From NCBI RefSeq assembly GCF_037042905.1, contig NC_087245.1:18044001-18108000 (forward strand): a DNA stretch of 64,000 nt, given 5' to 3'. The position numbers and the translations under genes are program-made. The notes under the pieces are model-generated. The model was not told the DNA's origin. It worked only from the letters and a program-made list of their open reading frames with translations, and did not search any database. Origin of the DNA: Lytechinus pictus (Eukaryota). The number at the start of each line of letters is the position of its first letter. The first letter of the stretch is position 1. Shown one piece after another: positions 14,101-29,000 of this stretch.

Positions 14101-17100
14101 AGTATAATTCAATTTATAATGCTGAGGGGTGTTCCATTTCAAATTCTGATATATTCATTAATTTCTACAAAGTAGACCTGTTAATTTTGATTCATTTTTT
14201 TTAAACGTGCATATTATAGCTCGACACATTTTTGGTATTATCAGCAGATAAACCATGTGTAGATTTTATTAATATCAAATTTTGGTTACTATGAGAGGGG
14301 AGGAAGATGGAGAGGGGGTAAGGTGTCAATTTGGATTCATTTTCATTATATATTCCCTACAACTTGCCTAGACTATTTTCTAATATGCCTTCAACCAGTA
14401 AATTTGAGAAAATCTGAAATGACATCTGAAAGAAAGTTGCATGCAGAATTAGTGACACAAGACAACAGATATTAACCTAATTGTACATGTATGGGAAATA
14501 TTAGGAGAGAAGATACATGTAGGCAAGCATGCAAGACCAGCAAATGAGATATCTCAGATGATCTGATTGTGTCAACTTGTTGGACAAGTGAATAAATAAA
14601 GGAGTGCGAAAGGAGTAATTATTGGAAGCAAGAAAATTAGGAGTCGGTCAGAATGACAGGACGTTTTCTTAAATGACAAAGACAAATACACTCTCACACA
14701 CATGTTTTCTCTCTCTCTTCCTCTTTTTTAAAATTTTCTTTATTCCCTTCTCTTCCGTGCTAATTTCTGGTTAGTCAGAACTCATTGTTTTTATGTTATT
14801 TGGCCGCATGTATTTTCAATTTTGGTGTATCATGATGGGGATGAATGTCGTAATTTAATACATGCGCCCCCAACATGATAAACAACCTTTCTATATGTTT
14901 TAATATTTCTTATGATGTAGAATTGAGCTTTTTTATTTGATGTTGATTGTATTTTTATGTAAATGATTGTAAAGGGTTATGCAATTTGGCTTTTCAGCTG
15001 CTTTAGATACCCTTGTTGAAATAAACCGTTACAAAAAAAAAAAAAATGAGAGAGAATGAGGACAGATGGAAGGAGGGATATGGAGGAGGAAGAGAGGAAG
15101 TGAGAAAGAAGGGGAGAATGATGAAGGGGGAGAATGGAATGAAAGGACAGGAATGAAAAGAAAGAGTAAAAAGGTGTATCTAGCGAGGGATATCAAGATA
15201 CAGTGTACAATTTAAAATAGGAAAGAGGAAACCAGAAAATACACATGCCCCCCACCAACCAAAAAAGAAGTCAAAGAAAAAGTTAAAGAGTAATGAAACA
15301 ACGGAAGAAGCATTACCAGATGAGTCGTGAGATAAACTGTACAAAAAATACAATAAATATTCATTCTTTCTCTTAACGTAACTTAACACCTTCTGGAGTA
15401 AGAGGTTATACATAGTACACGGGGAAGTCATACCCAGTTCATTCTAAATGTATTCAACTCTACCTTAACCCTTGACATATTTGCTTTTTAAAATACCTTC
15501 CTGTAATCTTGATCTCCTAGCAGGATAATACGTCCTACTTTCCTCCTGAAAATCCCTTTGAATTATTCCCATCGCTGGTACCTAAATTAGCCTAGTCCCT
15601 TTTGCCATTTGCTTTCATTTCCGGCTGACTGTGCGCATAATGTTCACAAATCTCCCTTGCCTAACTGCCGGTTTGGCTGGCTGGCTGGCCATTACTCGGT
15701 ATGGTGGTATGATCACTCTATTGCCATGATGCATACCTGTACAGGCGTACATGTATTAGTGCTATTTTTTAAAGTATCTACATGCACCAAACCAGCATAG
15801 GTTTATGAACTCATACCTATTTTTTGGTTTTGTCAATAACTTTTCATGAAGACCGCTAAAAGTCTTACAAATATATACGAGAAAAAGTACACGATTCAAC
15901 ATTAGGCCAATATATAATGCACCAGAATATATTGTCAAATATTAGGAAATCATAAATAGTGACTGAAAGACTTACAAAGAATATATGAAATTAATTTTTA
16001 AAATACTTGAATTGGCAACTGCGATGAAACTTCTGACCATACTCTGTAACTACATGTCCCTCCAATTATTTCAAACAAACTTTAAAAAGACAACAATCTA
16101 GCTGAGAAAAGAAATATTCGAACAATAAAAGCTGACTGAATAAATGTTAAACAACAACATGCATCAAACTAGCACATGTTGGCTGATAGTAACCAAATGA
16201 TATGTTCATATCTACTGCTGATAGCTATGCATAATGATCCTTTAATAACTCTATGAAGGAGAGTAATTTTTTCTAAAATATACTATAAAAATCATGTCAA
16301 CATACTTTCTATGCAGACTCTTTCTCTACAAAGGGGCAATCGTACAAATTGTGAAGTTTTTATACAAGATTCCTGTATTTAATAACATAAAATGCATGCA
16401 AAGAGCGTACATAGTAAATATGAAATAACAAATACATATTGTATATTTTATGTTGAGCCTCATGCTAGTAGGTTGAACTGAAAGAAACATGAGATCTCCA
16501 CTTAAACCAATAAATGGCGTCAATGTAATATAATCATAAACTTATTCATGCATCCCCCTCTCTCTCTCCCTCTCTCTTACAATAAATAACTCTCCATAAA
16601 GCTTTATTCATTTATGGCTATGAACAATTAACAGTACGTTATCAATTAATATTCTTCAGCAAGAAAATCATTGAGTTATATATCAACTCAGGTGAGGCGT
16701 ATTGGTAGCCGGCAGGATTTATTTAATGCACTGGAAACAGCAGCTGGAGCTATATAAACTATGGCCTCAAAATAGAATATTTCTAGGGAGGAGTGGGGAA
16801 ACTGGATAATGTGCATGTAGCCTGACTCTGAGGACTGTGGTATTATCATTATCCTGATGTAAATTGCTATTATTAAATAATTGCATTTTATTGCTGTTTT
16901 CATTATTATTAGAAGTATAATTTTTACTTGATCATGATGACAACTCACTTAAGATACCAACCATGGGATACATGTAGGTTCTGATATCTAATACAAAATA
17001 CATTTGGTTTACGACACTACCGTCTACCACAAGTTGCAAAGTACTTCAAAGTGAAATTTGAGTGAACTTTAAGAGACTTTTCTGACTACTTCATGCTGAA

Positions 17101-20100
17101 CCTTTGAATGGGGGATTATACACCGACTTGGAATGAATGAATAATGAGACAAACAGAGTAGCAATCCTTAACCAATACATTGCCCTTTAAAAAATGACAT
17201 CCAATATCTATCATGTTACTTGACACAAAGAGTAAGATATTATTGACCTAGAAAGATCGACAATTTGGAGTTCATATGCATTTACTACGGTATCAAATAT
17301 GAATACAAGAGGCAATTCATTTTGGTTTCTCTTATCTCTTTATCTCTTCCAGTTCATTGATTTTCAAGTGCAGTATTGTGTAAATCATAACAGCAAGAAA
17401 AGGGGAAATTCAAGCACACACTGTTCACTGCTCTCATGGTGTTTTCTCATTATTCTACATATGTATCAACTGCTAGAAACTTGAAAGCATTATGCAGCCT
17501 CATACACTGTATTTTCCAAACACTGCATAATTCAATTAATTACATGCCCAGCAAACTGTTGCATAGCTTTGTTGACACCCCTTGAAGCCTTTCCTAATTA
17601 TCCAAATCCAAACATTCAGGGTATTGGAAAGGTAGTCAGTCCCCAGCGTCAACGACTGCTGTAATTTATTCACCATGCTTGGTTTGTAATTGGTGATGTC
17701 TGGATGCCTGTGCAATTGAGCTGTAAGAAACGACGTGATATTCCCACCTGAAGAACAGGCAAGGTGAGAAAATACGCCAAGATGTCCTCGACCAATCTGA
17801 ATTATATATTGAAAGAGCTTTGCTCCGAGGAGATACGGAAACTCTGATTGCATCAGCAAGTCAGGAAAGAGCTAAGGCTTGCAACAAGTTAAGGAATTAG
17901 GAGGGTAGAGGGAGAAGACAATGAGGAAGGTTTAAAAGGTAAGGTGTACCCATCGAAAAATCCATTACTGCATACAAGCAGATTTTGTTTACAGAGATTT
18001 CTTTTTCTTTTTCCTTTCTCAAAATCATTATTATCTAAACTTCTGTACATGCCTATTTAGTACATAAACGAAAAAAGAAATTGTAAACATGTAAATAATA
18101 ATTTATTCTGTTACTAACTCCCAAATCATTAAAAAAAATGAAATAATGGTTTAGTATGTAAAGTTTTTTTTTAGAACTACTAAAGAGGAAACCACCATGT
18201 GTAACAACCCCCCCCCCCCAAAAAAAAAGAGAATATTAATTATACCCAAAAAAAATCAATAATAAAGTATTGCAAGAAGAGGAATGAATGCAATATCTAC
18301 TTGAAAAAATTAAACACCATCCTTAATCTCAACTCAGTGTTTTCATTTTGCCATTGACAAGAGAAAAAAAAGGGTAATCAAAGCTTTTTTTCATCTTTTA
18401 TTAAATTTTCATTTTACAAACCCCTTCTCTAAATTCTGTTTGCATTTGTTGAAGGAAAACAAAGTACATTTCAACATTAAACATCATCATTATTGAGGGT
18501 AATGAAGTCTTAACGTTAGACTTGGAACCATATTAGCTATCACTTTGATGAGAGTTCTGAGAGAAGCTTCTATGATAAAACATCTGTCACATGTAATATA
18601 ATTCTATGACAATATCATCTATTCAGCACTCCAGGGTCATTAAGTCTCGAAAAAGGCAAATACCCTCTAGCTCAAAGAAGTGATATCCCCTCTTCAGGAT
18701 CAGAAATGCATTTGCTCTTATTTCACAAGGAATAAATCCTTGTTGCTTTCAAAGAGATGTTTTAAATTGCTATGAGACGTGGATAAATCAATGCTCAGTG
18801 AACCTCAATGGTAGTATCTTCTTATCACCTGCTTTATAGTCTAGTCAACAAGGCAACCATAGAGAAAATAGTAAAAATACAACAGAATATGTGGAAGGTA
18901 CATAAGTCCTAGGTGAAAAATTCATGGGATATATTAGGGTGAACTGCCCCCTAAATGTCTACCATGGCACTTGTATCCTTTGGCAAGGTCTTTATCTATG
19001 TAAATTTACCACTCTCCACCCAGGTGAAGTAAAATGGATACCAGGCAGGAAAATATATATATATATATATTTGAATGCTGAAGCACCTGATCAGCTTAGA
19101 AACATTAGTTATTAGAAAGGTATGTTATTTTTGCTCCCATTATACCCCAGCGTTTCTGAGACATAAACTCAATATATACTTAAGATTGCAAATTTAAGAG
19201 CCCCAGGTATTAAGATATTCTAGTATATCTAGAGGGCAACATTGCCTTCAAGTTGAACTAATTGTGAGAGATGAAATGTAGAGTAATCTACCATGGACTC
19301 TGCTACATCAGCCCCTCTTATTTTACTTTATTTTAATCTCTAATGACAATAGCTGTCTTGAAATGGATCAATACATGTATGCAAGACAGTCTCTGTTTTT
19401 ATAATGACATTGGTTAACATCATTACAGAACAGAAGCATTGTTTAGCTTTTAAATGTCATCCATTTGCTTTCAACTTCAACTCATCATTCTCTCCATCTC
19501 TCTCACACACTATCACCCTCCACCCCCCCCCCCCGGCCCAAGTCCTGTCTCTTTGAAATAACGCTTGTAAATTTTTTCTATAATTTCATGATAGCCAAGT
19601 TAGTATTTGGGGGCTCCAGCATACTCTCGTATGCAAAGGAGCTAATCTGGTCCCTAATCAAACTCCTCTCAGAGTGAGATGAGGGACCAGCCCTGATGGA
19701 GTGATATTTCGGTCTTTCAAGAGTGAATTTTCACCTCTTTTGGAGTGAAAGTACACTTTCAATCAAAAAAAGGTGAAAACTCACTCTTGACAAAAACTGA
19801 AATCTCACTCCATCAGGACTTGTCCCTTATCTCACTCTGACAGTGTTATTAGGGACCAGATAAGCTCCTTAACATGTATCCCACGTCCTGCATTTTTGTA
19901 TACGTATTGTACAAAAGGCCTTGGGACACTGTATGTAACATGAAAGGTCAATACTTGATGTCAATTTGTCCTGAAAATAAATATAACTTTTCTAAATTCT
20001 ATAATTAATCATTATGTTTTTTTTTTCTTCTTTAAATGCACTTAATCTATGTACATGTACCTAGACTCTCAGTTGCATAACTATCACATATTCACACTTG

Positions 20101-22988
20101 TGTAAGAAGCCAACGAATATGACCTGAAATATATCCAACTCTAAATCCCAAGAATCTCATCAGGTGCCAAGTTTACTCACGTCCAACAAACCCATCCTGT
20201 CTACTTATCCCCTACCTCATCAGTTACCATGGCAACAGGTCGTTTCCATGAGGAAACCATACAAAAATCTGCATCTCATTTTATTAAGAAGCTAACTGGA
20301 TATTGCAGACCCTGCACCAGGTGAATTTCTCCCCTCCATTTTGAATTTGAAGCAATGCATGGTTTATGGGGATGACGGATAATGAATTATGATAGTAAGT
20401 TGAGTAAATGGATTGGAACAATATGGGGTAGGTCGGATGGTAATCTCTTCATAGTGCACTGGGATGAGAGTAGCATGCACTGAAGCTCATCAGCATACAT
20501 CACTAATGACTGACTGAGATTTAAGAGGACCACTGAATGAAAGGTTTTTAAAAAATGTAAACATGTAAAAAAAAAATGATATTGGAATATCCAGGGACCC
20601 ATTGATCTAACATACATGACACTATTAGAAATGAAACATGTGAAGCAAGAAGGCTTGAATATTTCTTCCTTTAACAAGAAATTTCTTTTATGATTTAGAT
20701 GATTAAACCACTCAAAAGTCTTTGATAGGTTTGAAGGTTCCATTGAAATAGAAGAGCTGTCAAGAGTTTTGTTATTCGATCTTGAAAAGCCACTACAACA
20801 TCATAACATTTGTCAAGAGTTATGTGCAAAGAGAGTGAGAGAGAGATTAAAGAAAACAAGAGAGAAAGGTAAATTATTTAAAATCATTGCAGATGCATAT
20901 TTAATTTTGAAAAAAAAATGGTATTCAAAATAATTCATGTTCTATTTTCAGTTTTTCGGTTTTCAAATGAAATTGTAATATTGATGTACATATAATTGTC
21001 GTGACATATTCATGATAAAAATATATTATATGCAGAAATGAATTGAAGGCAACATGAATCATCATCATAATTATTGCGCAATGTGAAATACTCTTTGTGA
21101 AAAAGAGCACACAATAACAATCACTTTAATCTACATTATATGTACATGTCTCCACATTTTATAACTCCATTTCCCCTTGTCTATTGCTATCTATGCCTAT
21201 AAACCTGTCTTCCTTTCTATCCCCTGTACTGACATATGTAGTACATACAGTCCCTCCATTCATCTATCTTTTAGTATCAGCTAATTTTCTATCTATCTAC
21301 ATGTCTATTTCTTTCTCTCTCTCTAGATATATATATATCTGCATATGTATTAAAACACCTTCAAGTCAGTAGACCTCTAAACCAAATAATAATCAATATA
21401 TTGTGGATGGATTAGAGGGAACACAAATACGTCTGAAATGAAAAGGGCAACATCCTCAGTATCATGACTCTTAATGACACAGTATTATATGAGACTGTCT
21501 GCCTTTTTATGACTTTAATAATGGAGACATAAAATCTTCAGATTGAAGAAAAGCAAAAGAGACATGTCTTTATCGGTTTTCGAATTTTTACTTGTGATTG
21601 CCAAGCTTTTTGAAGCTATTCAGATCTATATATATATCTATCTCCCTGTATGGTTATATATTCTTGGAATCCAGCTTGCTAAAAATATTTTTAACTCTGT
21701 TAGACAATCCTCTAGCATCTTTAAGGCTTAGACTACTGAATGCACCATTTGTTTTCAGAATATGCATTGATTCATAAACTGGTCAACTGCTGAATATATT
21801 GTAATGTGCACAATTCGCTTCAATGAAATCTAATGAAGATGTTAAAGTACTGACTGTAATTTAATACTTGAAGGATGACAAAAAGAGAATCATGGCGCCT
21901 ATATAAATTGAAGACACATGCACATCATAAAAACCATGATGTGCAATTTTTTTTCAGTCTTTTCTTCAATGTAGTATTTCCATGAACTCAAGAACCTCAA
22001 CCTCAAAATGGTATTGATTAATACCTATACATGTTTAAGACATGACAATGGTGCGATGGACATGTTAATGATACAATACTTGAGTGCTAAAAGGAACAAA
22101 GACTGATTGTTGTGGATGAGTGCTTGCTCAGTGCTCTAAATGTACCACTTTTCTAACATAAATCAATCTGATCATATGAAATAAATGAAAGAACAGAAAT
22201 CTTTAATAAACAAAATAATTTTAATATGAAACATGCATGGCCAGGAAAATGGTAAATATATCATCAATTTACATCAAAATCATGTGTTCAGATTGAATTA
22301 ATATTGTCAACTTTCCTATGCAATCACAAACTGATAATCATCATGTCATATGCTACAGATGTCAAGAACAGCTCATTTCTTTGGGTTCAATTCTAATAAT
22401 CAATGGCAATTATGACCTACATGGAAAGAGCCACTGGCAATACAGAAACAAGTGGAGATTACTGTACATGTACATGTACACAACAAGGTGGTTAGATTCA
22501 ATAAAAGACTGTTCAACCAAGCATGTAAGCACCTACCAGAGCATGGCTTGTCCATAAACGTTACTGTCATTCTCTCTATTGCTTCCAACACAAGACTATG
22601 TCCACTTAAAACATCTCATTTTTCAAATCCATCTGCTGGAACAGGATCCCCTCCTCACACAATTCCACAAGATAACACTTGTTAATGTCAGCCTTAAAAA
22701 ATCTATAACTCTCTCACTGGAGCAATTTGGAGTGCGAGGCTAGCTAGTGGCTATACAGACACGGCCATCCCACACACTCACCGGTTCTGACGACATTCGC
22801 GATGCAAGCCACACTTTAATTAATCTGCCATATATGCGCTCGTTCGGTGACGAGTATGAGCAGCGCAGAGACCTTTAAGATCATGTATTTGACTTGACAA
22901 TGTGAGTATGCATTGCAGTGAACAGAGGGGTGGGGAGAGAGGGTGAACAGAGGGGTGGGGAAGGGAAGAGAGCATAATGGACAGAGAG

Positions 22989-23025
<37 letters not shown>

Positions 23026-26000
23026 AAAAGAGAAAGAGAGACATGGGGACAGAGGATGGGAGAAAACCAGACAGAGGAAAAAAGGAAGTAGGAATGAGAT
23101 CAAGAAAGACAGAAAGAGATAGAAATAAAGAAGAGGGACAAGGAAAAACAGAGAAACAAATAAATATTTGTTTAAACAGAGAGAGAGAGGATAAGGATGC
23201 CAAATAATGAAAGTAAACAGTGTTAGAACTACAGAGAGTGCAGAGAGAAGATGGAGAAACTACAAAAGGGAAAGATAACTTTTTTTCAAAAAAGGACAGA
23301 GGGGAGAAGGCAGAGAGGGGCACACACGGTGCAAGGTGGGATGGGGGTGTGTGTGTGTTTTCAAACCAGTATGGTACAATGAATGAAGTACTTGTATAGT
23401 GATGAAATCAATTTGTGCATATGTCGATGCATGGTAAACCAAATTAGGACTTGCCATTCAACTATTCCATCAGTGAATACACCATGCATGAATCTGCATC
23501 AATTAAATAGTTCAATTACCTTTGTACTAGTTACTAAGCTCAAGCTGTCTTCTGGAGTGATGGTGCATCAGATAGCATTTAATACGGAAATATATTTCAT
23601 CATGTGTGCTTTAAGGCTTGTTCAGAAATAGTGTGTCAAAGCTCAGCAAGATTTTTGTGTCAAATGGATATAAGATATTGCAGAGGCAATATCAAAAAAA
23701 GGTTGGGTATTTCTTGTTTATAAAATTGCTAGGCAAATTTATCAATTCATAAATGAAATTTAGCTCAATAACTGGGAAACCTCAAATTTAAAAACTATTG
23801 GCCAAAATGTTGACTATTTGCAAGTGTTTATGTTTCAATCAGCAATATATTGCAAAACTGTTTTGTATGTTCAAAACGGTACAATGTCATTTTTCAACAA
23901 TTTTTGTGCAGGTTTTAGTGATTTCCATCCTCTTGCATGACAACAAAATCAGCAGACTAATCAATTTTTTCTGAAAAGTTATAGAAAATCAAGTTATTAA
24001 AGTAAACAAACTCATGACATGTGTAATAAGGAAATCCCCATGGCATCAAATAACATGAATCATGACATCAAAGATAAGTCTGTACTACTATTTGTTTTAC
24101 TTTCAATTAGAACAGTGCTATTTATCTCACTCTGTATGACAAATGGTACATGTACATGTACAGATGTAATTGGCTTGTACATTATGTGAACAAGGCTCCA
24201 ATCTTAATACTCAAAAGACACACATCAACGTGTCTACTTAAATTTGAGCATTTTTTGGTTACATTCAAAATGAACAAGCAAATATTTTCATATAACTAAT
24301 TGAGAAATAACTGAAACTGGGTCTTGGAAAATATTATCATCTGAATTATATGTCCACCTTTATAGCATAAAGCCTTTTATAGCAAACCTGTTGATACAAA
24401 TAGCAACATGCTCATTTTTATTTTCATTCAAGATCAAATGGCATTGGTGTCTGTACAAAAAAAATGCAAATACATGTTTATACTTTTGTTTTCAGAAAAA
24501 CATGTGTCATATGAATGCCACCTTCCACTAAAGCCCATGTGTTCTAACCCTAATGTGGTGTTTAGTAATAAACATGTAACAATAGCCCAATAATGTATCA
24601 AATCTCTTTTAAGTGTTCTTTGCCTGTGGAGGCAATATAGCATCATAAATGCAAACGATCCCTCCACTGATGCATCTAAAGCTGAGCTCTCCCAGTTAAT
24701 GATTATTTTGGCAGCCAGCAGTCTTCAAATATTTGCAGAGAGTGTAAGCAGAGTTCTATGTGTAGCTGCATATGTAATAGCCTACTGGAATTATAGTGGG
24801 AATATGCAGGATTAGATGGCTCCCGTCGTAAAAATATGACACCAATGAATATATCATCCACATTTATTTTAGAAATCCAATTTCATGTTGATAACAGAAA
24901 AACATTCATTTTGTGATTTCATAGTTTTTATTAAGCATTTATTGAAATAATTAACTATTCCTACCAAAAAGCTGTTAACCAGTAACCAACTCTTTCTAAA
25001 GAGTTTAAAGTTTAATTCAATCTTTCATCTCTGAATAATTTCTAATATAAATAATTTATTGGTTGGATTGCTTAACTAAGCTAGTCGTACAGACTGTTTC
25101 ACCCTAAGGCTCATCAGCGACTAGATGATATTGCAGTATATCACTACTTACTTACTTACCTAATTTCTAATATATTCAATCAATCAGTACTACATAGAAC
25201 ATGCAAACCCCACAAAATAATCATTTATCAGTTGATCACGTTTTATCTAAATATCACTACATAAACATATAGTACATAGCTAGTAGAGATATCCCTGGGG
25301 GGCACTCAAATTATTTTTTTTATGGGGGTGGGCCATACGAAACTCTGAAATGGGGGTCTAAGGAACTGACTAAAAGGGCAAAGTACGGGTCTTGGGAACT
25401 AGATATATACCGCGCGGTGTGAAAAACAGGGTCTACGGAACGGGATTGCGGCACTTCAATCAATTTCAATTTAAAAAATTGATAGTCTTAATTTTGAGTT
25501 TGTACAATATATGGATTTCAAGAAGTTAATTTCACGATGTTTAATCATTTAACAATTCAATTTGATAATGATCAATTTAGAATTGATTCCTCAAATAATT
25601 TTATTGCCAATTCAATAACATATCTATTTTTTTTTAATAATCATAAAGTAAAAACAAAAATCACTCTTTTCTTTAATCAATAAAAATATTGATGTGAGTG
25701 TGATTTCTCAAAATCATTCAAAAAATCTAATACAAAATTAATTTTCTTATCAAATTTGATTCTAAGAATGCAAAATAATACTCAGGGAAAAGTTGTCTTA
25801 AATCTTTTAATGCAAGGTCAAAATTGTTTTTCATGATTAAATCAGATCTCAATAGGTGGTTTCAAACCGCCTCGATCACAAGAATCCCCGTTAAATTACG
25901 AGAACATTTTTAGGCTAAAAAATACCCATTAATTATTCCTGCATTCAGACCGCCCCGAAACATACACTTCGGGATAAATTCCTGAAGTTAGGAGCATGCG

Positions 26001-29000
26001 CAGTATGGTCTAATAAGCAGGCAAGGCGCGAGATTCAAAACCACTAGCCCACCAGACACCCACGGCGCTGCACCCAACGACACGCTGGGCTAAAAGTTCC
26101 CGTAATTTGCTTTCACATCGCCAAAATACCTGCGACCTTGGAAAAATCCCCGTGAAAGTTCTCGTAATTTCGCCAAGTACTTACTATTTAGCGGGTATTT
26201 TCTTTCGGGGAAATTACGCGTAGTTTGCTTTCACATTACCAAAATACCTGGTATTTTCTGATTGGGGTAAATTTCCCGATCAGAGAATACCTAGAACTGA
26301 CGAACTTCGAGGCGGTCTGAAACCACCTAATGAGCTCACAAAATTGTGCTGCTTCAAGATGATGAAGATAAACACATTTTGATTCTAAGGCCATAAATAT
26401 GTTCTAGACCTCTATCTTGCCCATACTGGCAATGAATGCTATCTATGAGCACCGAAAGGTGGACCTGTGCACTACAGTCCGACCTTTCTTTTCCGGCCTC
26501 CTCTTATCCGGATCTCTCTATTATCCAGACGCACACTTGCCGAGTGTTTTTTTTTTTCAATCTAGTAGGTGGAAAAACGAGATTTCAATCTAAACTCAAA
26601 ATTCCTACGCAAACTCACTTTGATTACATACATTTTCCAACCTACAACCACATTATCTTTTATGAAAATATCTTACCCAAATCACCGAAAGAACTTAAAC
26701 AGGATGATTTTCCAGTAAATCATTAAAACCATTTTATCACATTCTCTTTTTTTTTCCCAGGAAAAAACAACACATGTCTCACTAACTAGCGCTAGGCCTC
26801 GATACAGACAGTGCCATCTATCATGTTTGAGCCTACAGTCATAACAATGGCCTACTTTGAGAAGCTGCGATGGTCGCCGCGATGATCCAATATTAAAACT
26901 TACATGTAATTTCATTCTCTTTCTTTCGAGGTATGCTCGATGTATACCTCAATCATTTCAGCAGGTAAATTTTCCAAGATTTTTGGTAACCAATTGATTT
27001 CATTTCCGTAAAAAACGCCTATAATTTGCACTGACACTGCAGTGAATACTGTCTGTGTATGCCCACTACAATAGATTATGTGTAGCTACCATAGGGGAGG
27101 CAGTTGCGTGTATTTGTATTGGGTCTCCCAGATCCGGATAAATCCCTTATCCGGATTGGTGCTGGTCCCAACGTGTCCAGATAAGAGAGGTTGGACTGTA
27201 GCCACCATTATTATTATCTAATATAATACATGTTCATTTCTAATTTTGGCAACCAAATAAATTTATATTTTACCCTGTAATCATATTCCTAGTGCTATAC
27301 ACTTTGGAAAAAATATAACCCCTAAGGGAAAATATGCCAAAATAATGTTATATTACACACCCAAACTTGGTCAGTCAATACCTGTATAACAGGACAGAAA
27401 GGGATACTAAATTATGGTATACTAAAATATATTTCATTCAAAACCCAGGATTTGCCATACGTAATGTATGCAAATTAAATTTTAATAAAAGACAAATAGA
27501 GAGTTCATCGTTATCTAAAAGAAAGAAATATTAATATGCAATCTGGCCTGTGCATGCTCCTTTTTAACAAAGACTTGAAGGTTAAGCATAAATACGGATG
27601 AATCCATGTATTTCATCACAATCACTACCATTTGCAAATTTATATTGAAAGCTGTTATCAAGCTTCAGATGACATTTAGTGTATGATGGTGGTCCCCAAG
27701 TGTGCGCACCTAACGATTTGAGTTAAGATTTAACATGAATTTCTTATTACTTCATAAAAATCTTTCAGTTGATAATGATCCTTATATTCTTATGAGTAAG
27801 TGTGCCAAATATCTCATAACAAATTTGAAAGAAATATATGATTTTCTTGGAAAAATCCTCAAGCAGTAATTTTCAGATTGAACAAAAAACATGCGATTCA
27901 GGGAGTTTGATGAGAAAGGCTGCATTGTGAGGCCGTCACATGAAATGCCCAAAATTCATTATTTTCCCACCATTTTGAGTCAGACTTTTTAATGAATATC
28001 TGTCTATGTATTGCATGTGTAAAGTTTGTGTTCGCTGCGTATCTTCTATCACTAGAATCGCGCAGATACGCGTATGCACAGACAAGAGGGACTGCGCAGA
28101 CTTGGGGGAACTTGCCATACATTTTAAAATTTTACCCACATTTCATATAAAATCATTTGGATTCTGTAGACTGTATCATACAGGAAAAACAAAATAATCA
28201 AGAAACTACATTTCAAATTAGACAAGACAAACTAACTATTGCATGTGCTGTATTCATCCCAATTGAAAAGCCTGCTTATAAACAGGGCATATAAGGAGAT
28301 GAAAATGCAACAAGCCAATAATTCCCTTTATTTCTCTAAAATGTTATTTGATATTGAAACAGATAGTATGCACAAAGTGAGACAAAAGACTAAACAAGTG
28401 GAACGCCTCTGGCAGTCTCGCCTGCATTACGCGATTTAATATAGCAGCAGTGCTAACTTTGAAAACTACTATAAAATAATCATTCACAAACACTCCATTC
28501 ATATAATGACATAATACCACGTTCATTGACCATAAATGACATTTGAACGGTGACTTAAGACTTGTCAACTACATCCATGTCCACATTTCAATCACTCTAT
28601 CTATAAACTTTCAAAGTTATGATGGCAATTCAACAAGTACCCCAACATGGCCTGAGTTTATTGACCTTAACTGACCTTTGACCTTGGTTTTGTGACCTGA
28701 AACTCACAGGGGATGTTCAGTGATACTTGATTACTCTTATATCCCAAGTTTTATGAACTAGATCCATAAACTTTCAGAGTTAGGATGGTAATTTAACAAA
28801 TACCCCCAACACGGCCAAAGTTCATTGACCTTTAATGACCTTTGACCATGGTCATGTGACCTGAAACTCGTACAGGATGTTCAGTGATACTTGATTACTC
28901 TTATGTCCAAGTTTTATGAACTAAATCCGTAAACTTTCAGAGTTAGGATGGTAATTTAACAAATACCCCCAACACAGCCAAAGTTCATTGACCTTAAATG

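Noticed and set aside
15615..15736. Possible phase-1 alternative terminal exon ([14 protein letters not shown]...RTVSRK*) giving an ORD-less isoform
   Set aside because: Frame-compatible with exon 12, but the acceptor lacks a polypyrimidine tract and there is no recognisable homology; unsupported without RNA-seq.
17536..17859. 107-aa minus-strand ORF in intron 12
   Set aside because: No recognisable domain and no convincing splice-site pair.
22816..23323. 95-167 aa S/L/F-rich ORFs (also 47254-47852 and 11843-12163)
   Set aside because: Low-complexity GA/CT or CAT tracts with no coding signature.
27570..28250. Probable repeat-derived segments (also ~55140-55750 and ~59240-59720)
   Set aside because: They look repeat-like, but I could not define termini or a family from the sequence alone.
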